A stretch of DNA of 64,000 bases, taken from NCBI GenBank assembly GCA_013265495.1, contig MU058065.1, positions 1,772,364 to 1,836,363 on the forward strand. The letters are read 5' to 3'. Within the stretch, counting starts at the first letter, position 1; every line of letters starts with the position of its first letter. This DNA is from Vicugna vicugna. Its lineage: Eukaryota. Below the pieces are notes generated by a model that was given only the letters and a program-made list of their open reading frames with translations, did no database searches and had not been told where the DNA came from. The translations under genes and the position numbers were made by a program. This document shows, one piece after another, positions 24,221 through 38,072 of this stretch.

Positions 24221-24861
24221 TGCCACTAAACTGAGCTTGGATCCACTCACCTAATGTGCAGCAAAGCCAATCAACTGACACCAGGCTGTGGTGAAGGAAA
24301 GTACAGCGTTTATTGCAAGGCCAAGCAAGGAGAAGGAACAGCTCATGCTCAGAAGACCCACACTCCCTGATGGCTTTCAGGGAAGGGTTTTTAAAGGAAA
24401 GGTGAGGGAGAGGGTCTCAGGGTATATGGTCAACTCATGCACATCCTTCTGATTGGCTGGTGGTGAGGTAACAGGATGATGTTTCAGGAATCTCAATTAT
24501 CAATGTTCTAGTTCCAGTCAGTCTGGGGCCTACATGCTGGTGGACAGCATGCTCTTAACATCTCCCATCTGGTAGGGATTTAGTATCTGCAAAACAACTC
24601 AAGGATATGGCTCAGTATATTATCTATAGCCCTAAGGAGGAACTACAAGCCCTTCCTTGACCTTGTTTTATGGCTAAACTATTACTATTTTGTCTTGCTT
24701 GACCGTTTTCTTTTGTTTCTTCATTTTCTCACCTCTCTGATTAAATTTGCCCTTTGGAACTTGGAGAAGACCTAGGAGGCTAAAGCTCTTCTACAAACAT
24801 GAGGCAGGGAGCACAGGAAGTCTGTCTCCAGGAAGGCTTCACAGGGTCCTGGTCAGTTTCA
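24221..24861 (-). mobile_element. Solo ERV1-like LTR
   Basis: gcgtttattgc (AATAAA on the minus strand), ctgattggctgg CCAAT box, and end agggtcctggtcagtttca resembling the reverse complement of the 17061 LTR start. Confidence 0.78.
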
Positions 24862-25769
24862 ATCTGTTCCATAAGAGATACCTTATCTTGTTTGCTGTGA
24901 TCTACAGCCATTCTCCAGGGTCCAACAACTTTCCTTGGGGACTATATTGGTGGATAAAACAGAAATATGATGGGGACCATCAACCCTGCATCCATTTTTA
25001 AGGGTAGCACTAATCTCCCCCTGCCCTTTTGGTGCAATATTGTTTTTATGTACTATCTTGTCCAGCGATTGAGAGACAGTCTCAGATGCTTCCACTTGAA
25101 TGTCCTCACTCTAGGCAGATCTCACTCTACAGCACAAGGACTCAATGTGAAGGTACAGTTGAAAGGAAGAAGAGAAGACTATTTGGGTGATTCTAGCCTT
25201 CTCCTTGAAAAGAGGAAAGCAAAATATAAAGCCTTCACAAGAAATAACAATTTATGTAATGTACAGAAATCTCTCAAGAGACAAAATTCTTAATAATGCT
25301 ATATTTCTATAATCCTAGAAGAGACAATTTATGTCTTAAAAAGCTGGCACATAAATAATATCCCAAAGAAAAAAGTTGGGACAAGTTTATCATAACAAAG
25401 AAAATAATAGCTACTTTGTTAAATAGAAGTATGAGAAGGAAAAGGAAAAAAACACAAGTCTAGGGGTACAGGAAGATGAAAAATTACATGACTTTTTTCT
25501 GTACTTTGATTTACCATGTTTTTTTATGTGATCTCTGTTATTCTCCAGATTAAATAAAAGGCTAGGTGTATCTTGAATCTCTCCTGTTTATGAATGGCTA
25601 CACCAGTTATCTATCTCCTATGTACACAATAAGAGTCATCTTAGGAAGGAAAGAAGTTCACCACCACAAGGAAGGCAGCCTCCTTCCCCTCCACACACCC
25701 ACATCAAAAGGCCCTACCATTGCAAAAGGTCCAGGGACTCCTGTACCAATACTGGGAAAATTTCCCGTA

Positions 25770-26180
25770 CTCCTTACCCCACTAATTACAGGTCTGGGAA
25801 TTTATCCCAAGGGCACAATCAGAGCTTTACAAAAAATATTCCAAGATACCCATCATGATGTGATTTGACAAGAGCAAAAAATCACTTTCATGTCCAAAAA
25901 TTGGGTATTGCTTGAGTAAATTTGGGGACATGCAGGATTTTATAGTTTTGGGAGAATATTTTATGACATTGGAACATACACATGATATATTGAACTCAAA
26001 TGGCACAAAATAAAGCATATAATCCCATTTTGTTACAAAAGCACAGCAAATGCCTGTGAATATGTACACACAAAGGCTAAAACACATCCAAACCCCAAAA
26101 TGTTCACCTCTGAGTGGTAGAATCATGAGTACATTATTTCCTTCTTCACTCTTTTGTTTTCCAAATTTTCCAGCATGAAC
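25770..26180 (+). mobile_element. Old L1M 3' UTR fragment
   Basis: ctgggaatttatcccaagg..., tgttttccaaattttccagcatgaac. Confidence 0.55.
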
Positions 26181-27304
26181 TTTCGTGATCAGGGGAATGT
26201 TATTGATTACACAGAAAAATAACTCAGAGGTTATGTCATGCTGACAGGGTGAGCTGGTAGCATCTCCTTCATGCATGAGTAACAGCAGAGCTCAAACATT
26301 CCAGAAGCTCGGATTTCTGGCATGGTTGCTTCTCTCCAGACTGTGGCATCGTGCACCTCTCAGTACAAAAAAAAAAAAGGCAATATAATTTTATCATATA
26401 TGTATGCACATACATAATAAAAATGAAAATATTGGCTATTAATAAACACCTGAATAACTGAGATATTAAAAATTACTTCATGTTGTACACTATGGAATTT
26501 TGCTCAAATCAAATGTCTGCATTCTGAAGGTCAGGAACAACATTGTTAGTTGCTCATGCCAGTCTGTTTCACCGTGAACAGGTGAAAAAAAATTCAGTTC
26601 CCTGTTCATGAAATCAGTAAGCTGGGCTTCCCTAAAATGTCACTTTGGGTAAGCCATATCAGATAACTCTTCAAAAAAATCAGACTGTTACTTTGGCAAC
26701 CTGCTGGTCAAAAGATTTCTCGGCAGTGTGATACTGTCAATCATCCGGATCCAGGGCTTGTAAGGATAGAATACTGCATTGTCTGAGAAACATTTTTATT
26801 TATCACCCAAGCCTATCAGATGCTGATAATACAGATTTTATTCTTACTATATTGATTTTTTAAACATGAATTTCATATATTCATTGTTATCATCTCTGCT
26901 CAGCTCAATTCATATTTATTAAGGAGAAGGCAGCTAAAAGAAATGAAATTTCAGATCATGGGAATCCTTCCACCGCTCTGAGCCTCAGATTTCTCACCTG
27001 TAAAAGAGGGAGTTAGGCTGATAAGACTCGAGGGTCTGGGCACCACCAACATTCTATGATATATGACCATTGCCACAAGCTTATTTTAGAAGAAAAGCAG
27101 TTATGAGCAAATATGAAGCCATCTGCCCAGAACCTAAAAGAGATCAGAATGAGCTTGTATGAAACTTGGCTAAAAATTTAAAGGATTCCCTTCAGTGGGT
27201 TAATAAGAATCCTAGGTTTCCTCATTGCTGTGTTAGTTTGGTGTGTTTTATCGCTGTGAATTTCTAGGACATATCTGCGGAACTGAGGGTCTGTGTTCTA
27301 TATA

Positions 27305-27927
27305 CAGTGGACTGTCATTATTCACTGTAATGTTCTATAAAAGTCACCGCAAACGCTGAATTAGCAAATACTAAACAATTCTGCCCTGAGAGGAAATACA
27401 GGTTTAGCTTCCTATGAGCCTCTGATCACAAAATTTTCACCAACTGATTCGTACATAAGCTTGTCTCATGTGTATTTCTGTTTAAAGACACCCTGTTGAA
27501 TATACATCATGAGCCAACAACCTTATAACTCATGCCCAAACTAACACTTGTATTTTCTCCATAAGACATATCGATAGCAGTTTTCTTGTGCTGAGCAGCA
27601 GATAGCACTTCAGCATTATTTGCTTGGAGGCCATTTTAAACATCAAAATCCCTAACAAAAGACACAGAAATGTGAAAAATCGTGGCACCAACAGACTGTG
27701 GAGAACACTTTTGTCTACAGCCCGAAGCTGAAACCAGAAGGCAGGGCACCAGCCAGGTCAGCGTCAGCTGGGAACACGTGCCTCCTGCCACTCACGCTTT
27801 TTGGTCGCTCTGCGCATGTCCGCAGATGTGTGTGAAACAAAGTGAGTGTTGATAGGGGGGTCACGGAGAAATGTTAGCAAAACGCGAACTCACAAATGCA
27901 GAATCTGTGAATAGTGAGGAAAAACCG
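27305..27927. mobile_element. TcMar-Tigger MITE (MER82-like)
   Basis: TA-flanked. Imperfect terminal inverted repeats cagtggactgtcattattcac ... gtgaatagtgaggaaaaaccg. Internal text matches recalled MER82. Confidence 0.75.
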
Positions 27928-28539
27928 TATTTGTTATCTCATCACTAATTGAAACAGAAGAGGAGGAGGAGGCTGGAAGTCTGGGGGACTAGAGCATTCT
28001 TGAGCTTTAAGATTTTTGAAAAATCGATGCGTAATGATCATCAGGTTCACGTCTTCTCCTGGTGCTTCTAGTTTCTGTTAGGACCCCTGCACTGCCTAAC
28101 TTGGGGGTCACCACACTCGTTTCATTCCGTGTTGTGCAGTGGCATGACGATCTCCCATGCCCAAGGAGAGTTTTCCCATCTTTTTCCTCCTCTTCCTTTG
28201 GTCTTGTTAACATCTGCAATCCATTTTTCCCCCAAATAGTGATTAACACATTATTAGTGTTAAGTTAGGTTTCATAGTATCAGCTTTTGATTCTGACAAG
28301 CACCTTGGACAGAGCTAAGTATTTGAAATGGCAGGTGAAAGTCTGAAGCGCAGAGTTCCAGCCATGGTCTCACCCAGCTCTCTGTTCTCCGAGCAACTTG
28401 GGAATGAGCCCTGCGCAATATGGTGCCACAAAACAGACCATTTTCATCAATAATCATGACATGAGGCAGCCCACACAGGATGTCTTTACGTTCCTCCTGA
28501 GAGAGCTTGTGCAGCTGGTTGAGATATTTGTAAAATTAT

Positions 28540-29600
28540 TCTGCAATAGTGCAACCACTCGGGGAAATGTTGGCAGTTTTTATTAGAGTTAATATACACC
28601 TTTCTAAGGCCCGGCAATTCTGCTCTGGGTGTATCTCCAAGAGAAATAAGTGCCTGTGTCCATTAAAAGCCTTGCACAAGAAGGTTCAGAGAGCATTATT
28701 ATTAACAGACAAAAACTAGAAACAAGGAAGAGTAAAAGAATAAACTGTGATATATCCATACAAGGGAATACTACATCACAATAAAAACTAATGGTATTAA
28801 TAGATGAACCTCGTCACTATTATGTTAAAGAAAGAAGTCAGACATAAAAGAGCGTATGGTGATGCTGTTAATAAGAAGCTCAGAAACAGGCAGATCTCAT
28901 CTATGAAGACAGCAGTCATGAACAGTGGCTGCCTCTGATGGGTGACTTGGGCTGGCACAGGGCACGAGAGGAGATTTGCAGGGTGGTGAGAATGTTCTCG
29001 ACCTTGTTCTAGGTGGTGGTTACACAGATTTTATACACACGTAAAAATTCACTTAGCTGTGGTGTTAGTTTCCTGTGGCTGCCATAGTGAATTATCACAA
29101 ACTCAGTGGCTTCACACAAGACGTGTTTATTCTCTTACAGTTCTGGAGGCCAGTAGTCCAGAAAGGTCTCACTGGGATAACATCGAAGTACTGACAGGCT
29201 TGTGTTCCTTTCCTAAGGCTTTCAGGGAGACCGTGCTTTTCGCCTGTGCCCGCTTCCAGATGCTTCGCTGATGGTCCCCTCTCTGCACCTTCAAGGCCAG
29301 TAATGGGGGTGGGTGGAGTCTTTCTCGCATCTCATCACTCTGACCTCCAGTTCTGCCTCCCTCTTCCACTTTTAAAAACTCTTGTGATTTCATTGTACCC
29401 ACATGGATAATCCAGAGTAATCTTCCCATCTCAAGGACCTGAATTTAAGCATCTCTGCAAAGTCTCTTTTGTCCTGTATGGTAACACACTCAGTTTTCAG
29501 GGATGAGGATGCAAACGTCTTTGGCAGTCCGCTGTTCTGCCTACCACAGTACTGAGGATGTGTGCATACACTTGTGTATAAATTATGCCTCAATTTTTAG
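28540..29600 (+). mobile_element. Old L1M 3' end, split by an MLT1 LTR
   Basis: cccggcaattctgctctgggtgtatctccaagagaaat...gtaaaaattcacttagctg resumes after 29548 as ...taaattatgcctcaatttt. Confidence 0.75.
29060..29548 (-). mobile_element. MaLR MLT1 (MLT1D-like) LTR
   Basis: gtgttagtttcctgtggctgccatag...ctcttacagttctggaggccag...ctgttctgcctaccaca. Confidence 0.88.
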
Positions 29601-30954
29601 AAAATAATTTTTTCAAGAGTAGAAAAAATTGGGGGCCAGAAATCTTGATAAAAACCTGAGAGGGTCAGGCTTCTGAAGCACTTCCTCGAGATTTATGACA
29701 GAAGCCGACAGAATCAAAAGGACTAAAAGTTAATTCAGAGCCCACTAGTTAGCCTAACATAAATAATCAGCCCAACTTAGGAATAAATCAGATGCCCACG
29801 TTTCTGTTTGGACTTAGCTGAAGGACATATGCAAATTCTACGTAAAGTATACGGAGTATGCAAAAACGTCATGCAGCCTAAGAACCGATTCAACTGTGTT
29901 TATCTCATGCACCCTATGCTCCCTCCCCCAAGAAATGTTAACTGGTATTTGATGATATGGATCATTTAATTTGCAGTTAGTGTTGACTTTTAACTGCATA
30001 AACAAGCCAAAAGATAAATCGTTATCCCAATCTTGAAGATTCTCATTTTGAACTTCCTCTTTAAATATTCAATTGACTGAAAAGTTTATGAAACTGAAAT
30101 GATTTTCAAATGCACAAATATTAGATGAAGGTAACATAATGGAAATTGATAAAAGAATGGTATCAGCCTTATTTTTAAAGGTATTTTAGCTACTGCTTTG
30201 TTCACATTAAAATATGTTCACCACAGATACTTGCTATTCAAATTGAAAGTATTTGCCTAATAAGAAAATAAATACTCCGCCAGGTGGTCTCCATTACATT
30301 TGCACTGCTTTGCCAGTATGTATCGTCATATTTGCTTGAGGGAGAACTCAGTGGATTAAGCTAAGAACATAACATGAAAAGCCATACCTCTGGCCCCACG
30401 TCAGCCGTGTCCTGCTTCCCTGTGCACCTGCTGCCCTGCTGGAGATCCGGGCCATCTCACCTTAAGCATGCCCCTAAGAGTGGATATCGTGCCAAACATC
30501 TTTCACTATTGCTTCTCCACTGATTATAAACAACACTAAACCTGAACGTTGGATTTTCCAGTAAGGAGACTGTCCTTGTATGCCAGCTGCCAGGGGACTT
30601 CTCACTGTGTCTGAGCATGGGAAATGCCTTTTGGTCTTAGAAGTTTGAAGAGGAAGGGACTTTATGGGCACAGAATTTAGCCCCAGAGGTAAAATTCAGG
30701 CACCCATTTTGGGAGGCAATTGCTCAGATAGAACACTGAGCAAGTCACTCTCCCAGAGTCGCACTGCCGCTAAGTGAGAAAGACAGAGTTTGAGCCCTGG
30801 CAGTCTGACTCCTATGGGACTAACCACTATTTGTGTCTATTTGTGGCACGATTCTGTGGCCTCCCAAGCCTCAGAAATCATGGTCATCTGTGCATCCACC
30901 TTAAAGTGAGTCTGCCTCCCCTCTCCGCGCATTGCACTGGGCAGGGAGGAGGAA

Positions 30955-31400
30955 TATAGTGTTCCCTGGGCATGATGCCTGAAATGCCATGAAGGGTCCC
31001 ATGGCAGACTGACTCCAGCTTGAAGGATCACAAAGAGTTGCATATGTCCCCCAAACTTCCAGGCCACACTTACGTAAACCAACCAGTGAGGCAGCCCAGA
31101 GTCACTAGGGTAATCCAGGAAATAGAAACAAAATCCCACCAAAAAAAAAAAAAAACAAAAAAAAAAACCATGCTGGATCTCCCCGGTGTGAACCGACTCA
31201 GGATGTTACACACGTGGGGAGAGCCAACACCTCCTATACTAGACAGATTTTTAAAAAGGTGGAATAAAGGAGTGGAGATAATGAGCTCCTTCAGCTTCTC
31301 TAATTCTCCGAGCTAAGGGGCCATGTGCAGAGTTCAAGGTCCCAAGAACACTCAAGCCTGCTCATAGAAACACGGCTTCCAACCGCCTGAAGGTGTGGGA
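30955..31400. mobile_element. Old ERVL-type LTR fragment
   Basis: Resembles LTR16/LTR33-class text; family uncertain. Confidence 0.4.
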
Positions 31401-31423
31401 CGGCTTCATAGCAGCAAGCTACC

Positions 31424-31945
31424 TGTACAAGAGCCTGCCATCCAGGGACATATGGTTGCCACTCAGTCCTTTTGTAATAGAAAAGAACAAACCTGACTCT
31501 GTATGAGATCCGTGCCTTTGGCTCTAACCCTGTGCTCTGTTTCCTGGGCTTAGTCTTGCTGGTTCTGCACCTTTCGTAAAACAATATTGCCTAGAGCCTG
31601 AAATACGCAGGAGAGCCTGTTCTCAAGGCTCTGACCTTTAAGGATATTAACACTTTTCCATTCACATAAGAATAACAAGTTGCAGAATAGAAAATAGCAT
31701 TTGTTTTGTTGGAGTTTTATAGGGACACCAAGATCTGACCCATGTGGACAGCTGCAAGAGCAAAGAATTCCTACACGAAGGAGTTTGCAAAAATCAAGCC
31801 TATCCCTTTTGAGTATGAAAGGAGCCTGAATTCCTTCTTGGGGAAGATGGTTCTCTAGGACATTAGTCTGCCATCTTCTTGGTTTGCCAGCTTTCCAAAT
31901 AAAGTTGCTATTCCTTGCCCCCAACGCCTCATCTCCTGGTTTATA
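31424..31945 (+). mobile_element. ERV1-like LTR
   Basis: caggagagcctgttctcaaggctctgacctttaagg...cattagtctgccatcttct...ccaaataaagttgctattccttgccccaac. Confidence 0.7.
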
Positions 31946-32897
31946 AAGGAGATTCCCCAAAGCCCTTGCTGCTGCCTGCAAAGTTCTATGTGTGATTTAA
32001 ACTCCTCCTGTGCTCCACTTCATGGAATGCCTTATTTTACAGATAAGGAAATCAGGCACAAAGAGTTTAAGAAACTCACCACCAGGGTTACACTGCTAGT
32101 GAGTGACAGAGGCAGGAACTGAACTCTGACTCCAGAGCCAGCATGCTTGCTCTCCACACGGACAACCCCAAGTGTTTTCCTGCCCCATCATCTTCACTCA
32201 GGCTTTTCTCTCTACCAGGAGCGCTTCTCCTCCACTCTTTGTGTAGACGATTTATTCTCACTCTTTAGATCTCAGCTTCAGTGTCATTCTGCCCAACAAG
32301 TTCACCCTGACCTTGCTATAGACAAAGTTGGCACCGCCCACCATTATTCTCAGCCTTTTCTTTGTTCACTTCGGAACATTTATGTTAATGTATTATTTGG
32401 TTATGTATTGTAACATTTATGTTAATACATTATTTGGTCCATTCATTTGTGTTCCTCTGCCTTTGCCCTTAGTACCTATGACCCTTGAGGGCAGGCACTG
32501 TGACCGTCTTCTTCTCCACAATTTCTCCAGTTTCTGGGACAGAGTAGTGTTCAATAAATGCTAGGTGGATGAAGAGTACGTGACATCCACACTAGATGAT
32601 TGTTATCCTCTAAGAAGAGGGAGGCATATCCTAGAACTTAGTCCACTTTTTTTTTTAATGTACTTCCAGGTATTACTAGAAAAGGTCCTATTAACTTGTA
32701 GTAAATTTTTTTCATCAATGTTACCTTTTCAAACATGCATGCATTCAAAACACTCAGCAAAAGCAAGTTCCATGTACTCATGACACGTACTTTCTAATAA
32801 AAATAGTCGGACAATGGACATCAGACAAAATAATGGAGTGAAGTATAGAGCACATTCAACAGCAGTGAAGTTCGATGGAAAAAGAAGAAACAGTATG

Positions 32898-33300
32898 TGC
32901 AGTAGACTGCTTCACTGGTGGCCCCCAAGAATTTTTACCGAACAGTGTTCATATGCTTGGGTAGTGAGTCCCCTCCGCTTCAGCTCAAGCCTTAGCCGTA
33001 TGACTTGACTGGCCAATGGGAAATTAGCAAGGATGATGCAAGCAGAAGTTCAATAAGTGCTTTCACGCTGGAGCTTGAGCTTATGGAATGCTCCTTCCTG
33101 GAAGCCAGACACTATGCTGCAAGGAAGCTTGGGCTAGACTAGTGAATCAGAGATGCCACAGAGATAGCGGCCCTGGGGAAGAAGAGGCCATCTTGGACAT
33201 TGAAGCCCCAGCCAAGATCCCAGTTGAATTTAGTTGCAATCAGACCACAGAGATGAACCCATCCTCTGGTGGCAGAAAATCTACTGCCCAAGCAAGCTAG
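32898..33300 (+). mobile_element. MaLR MLT1 LTR fragment
   Basis: tgcagtagactgc...ggtggccccca...tgacttgactggccaatgg...gaggccatcttggac. Confidence 0.6.
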
Positions 33301-34334
33301 CTAACCTCTCAAAGTCCCTGCTTTCTCAGCCACAAAAATTGGCCTCTAAGAGAGGCGATCTCTAGCCTCTCCCTCAATTCCAACTTTCTAACAGTTCAGA
33401 TGTTTAAAAGTTAAGTGAAATATGCTGAATATATTGGTTTCATTAGGAGGAAGTGGAATGAAGAGAAGATGAAATAACCCAAATTGCCCCCAATGAGCTA
33501 TTGTGATATCAAAGGTATTTCTATTTTTCTTTTGAAAGACAACATGAGCTTTTGAACCTCAATAAATAAAACATGCTCTTTTTGTCTTGTTCTTTCTTCT
33601 TTTTTGCCTGCTCACAATTTCCACAGAAATTTTAGTGTTGAAAAAGTAGATGCAAGATCATTGCTCTAATGCCTGGTGAGAGAGAAAAATGTGACCAGAA
33701 AAGTAAAACTTCCCACATTGAAAACAAATTTTTACAGACAGGTTTAAAAAAGTGTTGATGTCCACATTGGGTCAATGTCTCTCCCTTGAGCTGTATGGCA
33801 TACATTTTCTTAATAGCACGAGTCTTCTTTACCATTTGGCAATCTGATATGGTATCGTTCAGGATCAAAAGTATCTGAAAATCTTACAGTCAGTCCTTCC
33901 TCCATCAGCTTCCAGTAAGGGGCTGAATCTCACCAGAATCAGCATAGGTAATAAGGGAAAACACAAGAGAACTGGATGAGGGAGAAATCATTGTCCATGG
34001 AGAGAACAAATCATCATAAATCAATTCAACCAGTCACTACAGCTCTTGTCCAAATTCCTGTTGAAACTGAAATCCAAGAAGAATCTAACAGTAAGACATA
34101 CAATGGCAGTGCTACTTGAGAGGTGTTTCTAGGATAAACAGCTCAGAGAAGACTGGGAGGATACTCCTGGGAAAATGGGTGGGAAATGAGGGAAAAAGCA
34201 GAGCCCTGTGAAAGGTGAAGAAATGTCAGCTTATTCAAGGTATCCAAACAGAGAAGGAAAAGCAAATATTTTGTCTGCTGTCAGATATGCTTGGGTGGAA
34301 AGGAGACTGGAGAGGTGAGAGTAGCAGCAAAGAT

Positions 34335-34820
34335 TGTCTCAGTCACCTATTGCTGCATAACAAACCATCCCAAAACTGTGTGGCAGAAAATAGTAAGAAT
34401 ATATTATTTATCACAATGCATCTCACAGTATTTTCACTCAGTGGTTCTTCTGATGTTTTGCCCTTATCAGCTGAAAAGCTGGCTGGGCTAGAAAACCCAA
34501 GATGACTCACTCAAATGTTTGACAATGTGACTGTCTGCTAGGACAGCTTTGTCTCCTTCCTGTGGTCCCTCATCCTCCAGTAGGATAGAACTGCTTCCCT
34601 GTCTGTGGTTTTGGGGCAGTATTCTGAGAGAACAAGGAAGAAGCTGCAAGGTCTCTTGAGATTTAGGTATCAGAAGTCTTCCAGTGTCACCTCTGCCACA
34701 TTCTGTTGGTCAAAGCAAGTGGTAAGGCCAGCCCAGAATGAAGGGGAGGGGAAATCAACTCCACCTCTTGATGGGAGAAGCTGCAAAATCTTGAAGCAAG
34801 GGTTTTCAATTTATCACAGA
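34335..34820 (-). mobile_element. MaLR MLT1 (old, J/K-like) LTR
   Basis: tgtctcagtcacctattgctgcataacaaaccatcccaaaact...ctgttggtcaaagcaagt...ccacctcttgatgggagaagctgcaaa. Confidence 0.8.
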
Positions 34821-35715
34821 GTCCACCACTTCAGCCCTCTGCTTCGTCACAATCAAAAATTATCTTCACACTCTACTAGACCACTGAATGAAAGTTAACT
34901 CTACTCTACCTGGAGGAATTCTCAATGATTCCAAGTTTGAGTAGAGGGAGACTGCAAATAGTTGGATGATCAGTGAAAAATAACGGGCTCATGGTAGGGC
35001 TGGGGTTGAAATTTATAATGAACATTACAGGAACTTACAATGATTTCTGGGAAACTCATCCCTTGATTAACAAAAATCATTTCAAGAATTTTCTGAATAA
35101 ATTAGCTATTATTATTAGTTTCTTTTTATAATTATCTCTTTTTACAGTATTGACTGTGTTGAGTCTTTCTTACTTTAATAAGTAAACTATTCATTATTTA
35201 AAAGAAAAAAAGCACATGCTTTGGATAATAATACCATGTTTATTTTTGTGAGTAAGCCTAAATCCCTCCCTTTAGAAAATGAATACAAACAGCTGTCTGC
35301 CATGAAGTTCCTATCAAAAGCATAATGCTATTTGGTTGGGCTTTGCCAGGTTATATTTGTTTTGCCTTCGAGCAAGATAAGCTTTACATATGTTCACAAA
35401 ACTCAGTACATTCAGTTTTCAAGGTGCCCTCTTGGAAAAATCCTGTGCAATGCCTCTACTCCCAAATCAGAACAGACAACATAACATCTCTGATTACTGC
35501 TCTCTTCAATATATAGTAAAAAACAGGGAAGTATTAATAATTATCAGTAAGTTACTTGGACTCAAACCTCTTGAGAAACCAACTAGACAATTTTGTTAAA
35601 TGAAGTCAACCTTATAGACCACTGGATTAACCCTAAATATACAAAGAACGGAAGTGATTTGAGAAAAATATCTCTAATCGAGTGCTTTTATCTAAGAGGA
35701 GTCTTCTGTTAAATC

Positions 35716-35901
35716 AATACCTCTCAAATTTCAGCGTGCCTAAGAAGAACCTGGGAACTTTGCTAAAACACACATACCCGGGCACCACCCTAGAGATTCT
35801 AATTCAGCAGGTCTTGGTGGAGTCTCTAAGTCTGCATTTCTAACAGTCTCTCAGATGACGCTGATACTTCCAGTCCACGGACCCCACCTTGAGTAAGACT
35901 G
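35716..35901. mobile_element. MER5A (hAT-Charlie MITE)
   Basis: ctctcaaatttcagcgtgc...gagattctaattcagcaggtct...ctgcatttctaacag...ggaccccaccttgagtaagactg. Confidence 0.8.
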
Positions 35902-36194
35902 TCCTAATCTCCGTCAGGTGTGAAAAGAGTCTACAAAAGAGAGCACACATTTTATTTTTCACCTTTGCTCAAAGATGCTAAACGAGCGCTCTGCAACATA
36001 CGCTTCCAGTGCAATAACCTGTGACCCCTTTCTACTTGCTCTGTGAGGTTGTGCGACGAGTTGTTGCTAAAATTAGTCTGTTGAGCTTTGGCTTTTGTTG
36101 TGGTCACGAGCAAACCTTTCACACAGCAATGGCCTTTGGTAGTAAAACACCCAAATTACCTGAAAGAATAATGACAACCTGTCAGACTGCCGTT

Positions 36195-36722
36195 GTGGTA
36201 GATTGCTTAAAGGCCAGAAATCCCTCCCATCTCACCCTGCATCCTTTGCAGTGTGACTCTGCTGGTTCCCATCCAGAATTGCAGCCTATTTTTCAAACTG
36301 CTGAACCTGAACTGGCCTCATGACTTATTTTCACCAATAGAATGAATGCACTGAAAGAGACATTACACAAATCCCAGCCCCTAAACCTCAAAAAGCCTTG
36401 CAGCTTCTGCCTTTGCCTTTTTGGAAAACTTGAAATTGCCATAAGAGGAAGCTAATCTGGCCTAGTGGAGGATGAGAGATCGTGGATGACAACTGAGACA
36501 CCCCAGCCAATAGCCAGCACCTGCCAGATGTGTAAAAGAGGTCATTTTGGACTTTGAGCCCCAGAGACCTCCAGCTGAAGGCTGTTGCATGAATGAGTCC
36601 AGGTCACACCAGTGGAGGATCTGCCCAGTCAACCCTTAGAAACGTGAGAAATAACAAATCTAGTGTTTTTAAGTCACTAAGTTTTGTGGTGTTTCGTTAA
36701 GCTGCAATAAGCAACTGATACA
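36195..36722 (+). mobile_element. MaLR MLT1 LTR
   Basis: tgtggtagattg...gtgagaaataacaaatc...tttaagtcactaagttttgtggtgtttcgttaagctgcaataagcaactgataca. Confidence 0.82.
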
Positions 36723-37310
36723 GCTATCCAGCATATTTCAGTGAATCTGGGTGAGGAAGGATCCTGGGAGTCTACAATAAGGACAAGAATAATGATGTAA
36801 CAGCACCTCACAGTCAGCAATGCCTGCAGCAATAAGGCAGAGTCCACATCAGGAGTAGCGATGCGATGTATGGGCCACCCTCATTCTTCTCTGCTCCAAG
36901 AGAAGGTATAGTCATGTTCTAAAAATAAAAAAAGTAAGTATCATTAATTATTCTATGTCTGAAAGAGTAAGTGGCAATAACATAGTCAAGAAAAAGACCC
37001 TCTGCTTTTCTGATTTCACTTTAAGCTTAGAAGATACAAGCAGAGCTTGCTTGGAAGCACAGTGCGTGATCACATACAGCAGGAAAGAGGGATTCCCCAC
37101 TGCACTGTTAAGCAGAGTACTGGTTGTGGGAAAGAGGACACAGATCTTTCCCGACTACCACGGATAACTCAGCATTCACTCTGTCAAGGGCAGTGGGTAG
37201 GATTTGATTGAAGTAATATTTTCCTCCCTAATCCCTCAAGCAAATGACCTAAAAAAAGGTACTTTATAATACTACTTTGCCTTTCTAAAACACTTCATAC
37301 TTTTTTTTTT

Positions 37311-37484
37311 CAGCTTTCAACATTTTTTTTTTGCACTTTCAACATTGTGAAATATCTCTAAAATTTTTAAAGTGACTTTCTTTACTGGGGTAACTTTCTC
37401 TAAGATATCTTCATTCTTTTGGTCGCAACCATTTTCCTCATTTATGTCATTAAGTTTGCTTTCACTAAGTTCCTCTAGCTGCAG
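37311..37484 (-). mobile_element. Tigger-family transposase C-terminal relic, part of a chimeric insertion
   Basis: Minus-strand translation [51 protein letters not shown] resembles recalled Tigger (Tigger13-like) C-terminal text QPEELSEGEL.DINEESGCDEKDEDVPEEV. Confidence 0.65.
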
Positions 37485-38072
37485 AAGTGGCTGCACCAAA
37501 CTGCATTCCCACCAGCAGTGTAGGAGGGTTCCCCTTTCTCCACAGCCTCTCCAGCATTTGTCCTTTGTGGATTTTTGAATGATGGCCATTCTGACTGGTG
37601 TGAGGTGATACCTCATTGTAGTTTTGATTTGCATTTCTCTGATAATTAGTGATATTGAGCATTTTTTCATGTGCTTTTTGATCATTTGTATGTCTTCCTT
37701 GGAGAATTGCTTGTTTAGGTCTTCTGCCCATTTTTGGATTGGGTTGTTTATTTTTTTCTTATTGAGTCGTATGAGCTGCTTATATATTCTGGAGATCAAG
37801 CCTTTGTCGGTTTCACTTGCAAAAATTTTCTCCCATTCCGTAGGTTTTCTTCTTGTTTTACTTCTTGTTTCCTTTGCTCTGCAGAAGCTTGTAAGTTTCA
37901 TTAGGTCCCATTTGTTTATTCTTGCTTTTATTTCTTCTAGGAGAAAATTTTTGAAATGTATGTCAGATAATGTTTTGCCTATGTTTTCCTCTAGGAGGTT
38001 TATTGTATCTTGTCTTATGTTTAAGTCTTTAATCCATTTTGAGTTGATTTTTGTATATGGTGTAAGGGTGTG
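37485..38072 (-). mobile_element. L1 ORF2 C-terminal fragment with open frame
   Basis: Translates [11 protein letters not shown]...PTEWEKIFA...[23 protein letters not shown]...[18 protein letters not shown], the L1 ORF2 CCHC region. Stops at LVQPL with no 3' UTR. Confidence 0.95.

Noticed and set aside
31141..31167. A-rich tract as a retro-insertion tail
   Set aside because: No convincing TSD or attached element.
31550..31981. 143-aa minus-strand ORF
   Set aside because: Non-ATG start and lies almost entirely within an LTR.
32375..32438. About 36-bp imperfect tandem duplication (aacatttatgttaat...ttatttggt)
   Set aside because: Simple local duplication inside an L2-like relic with no sign of function.
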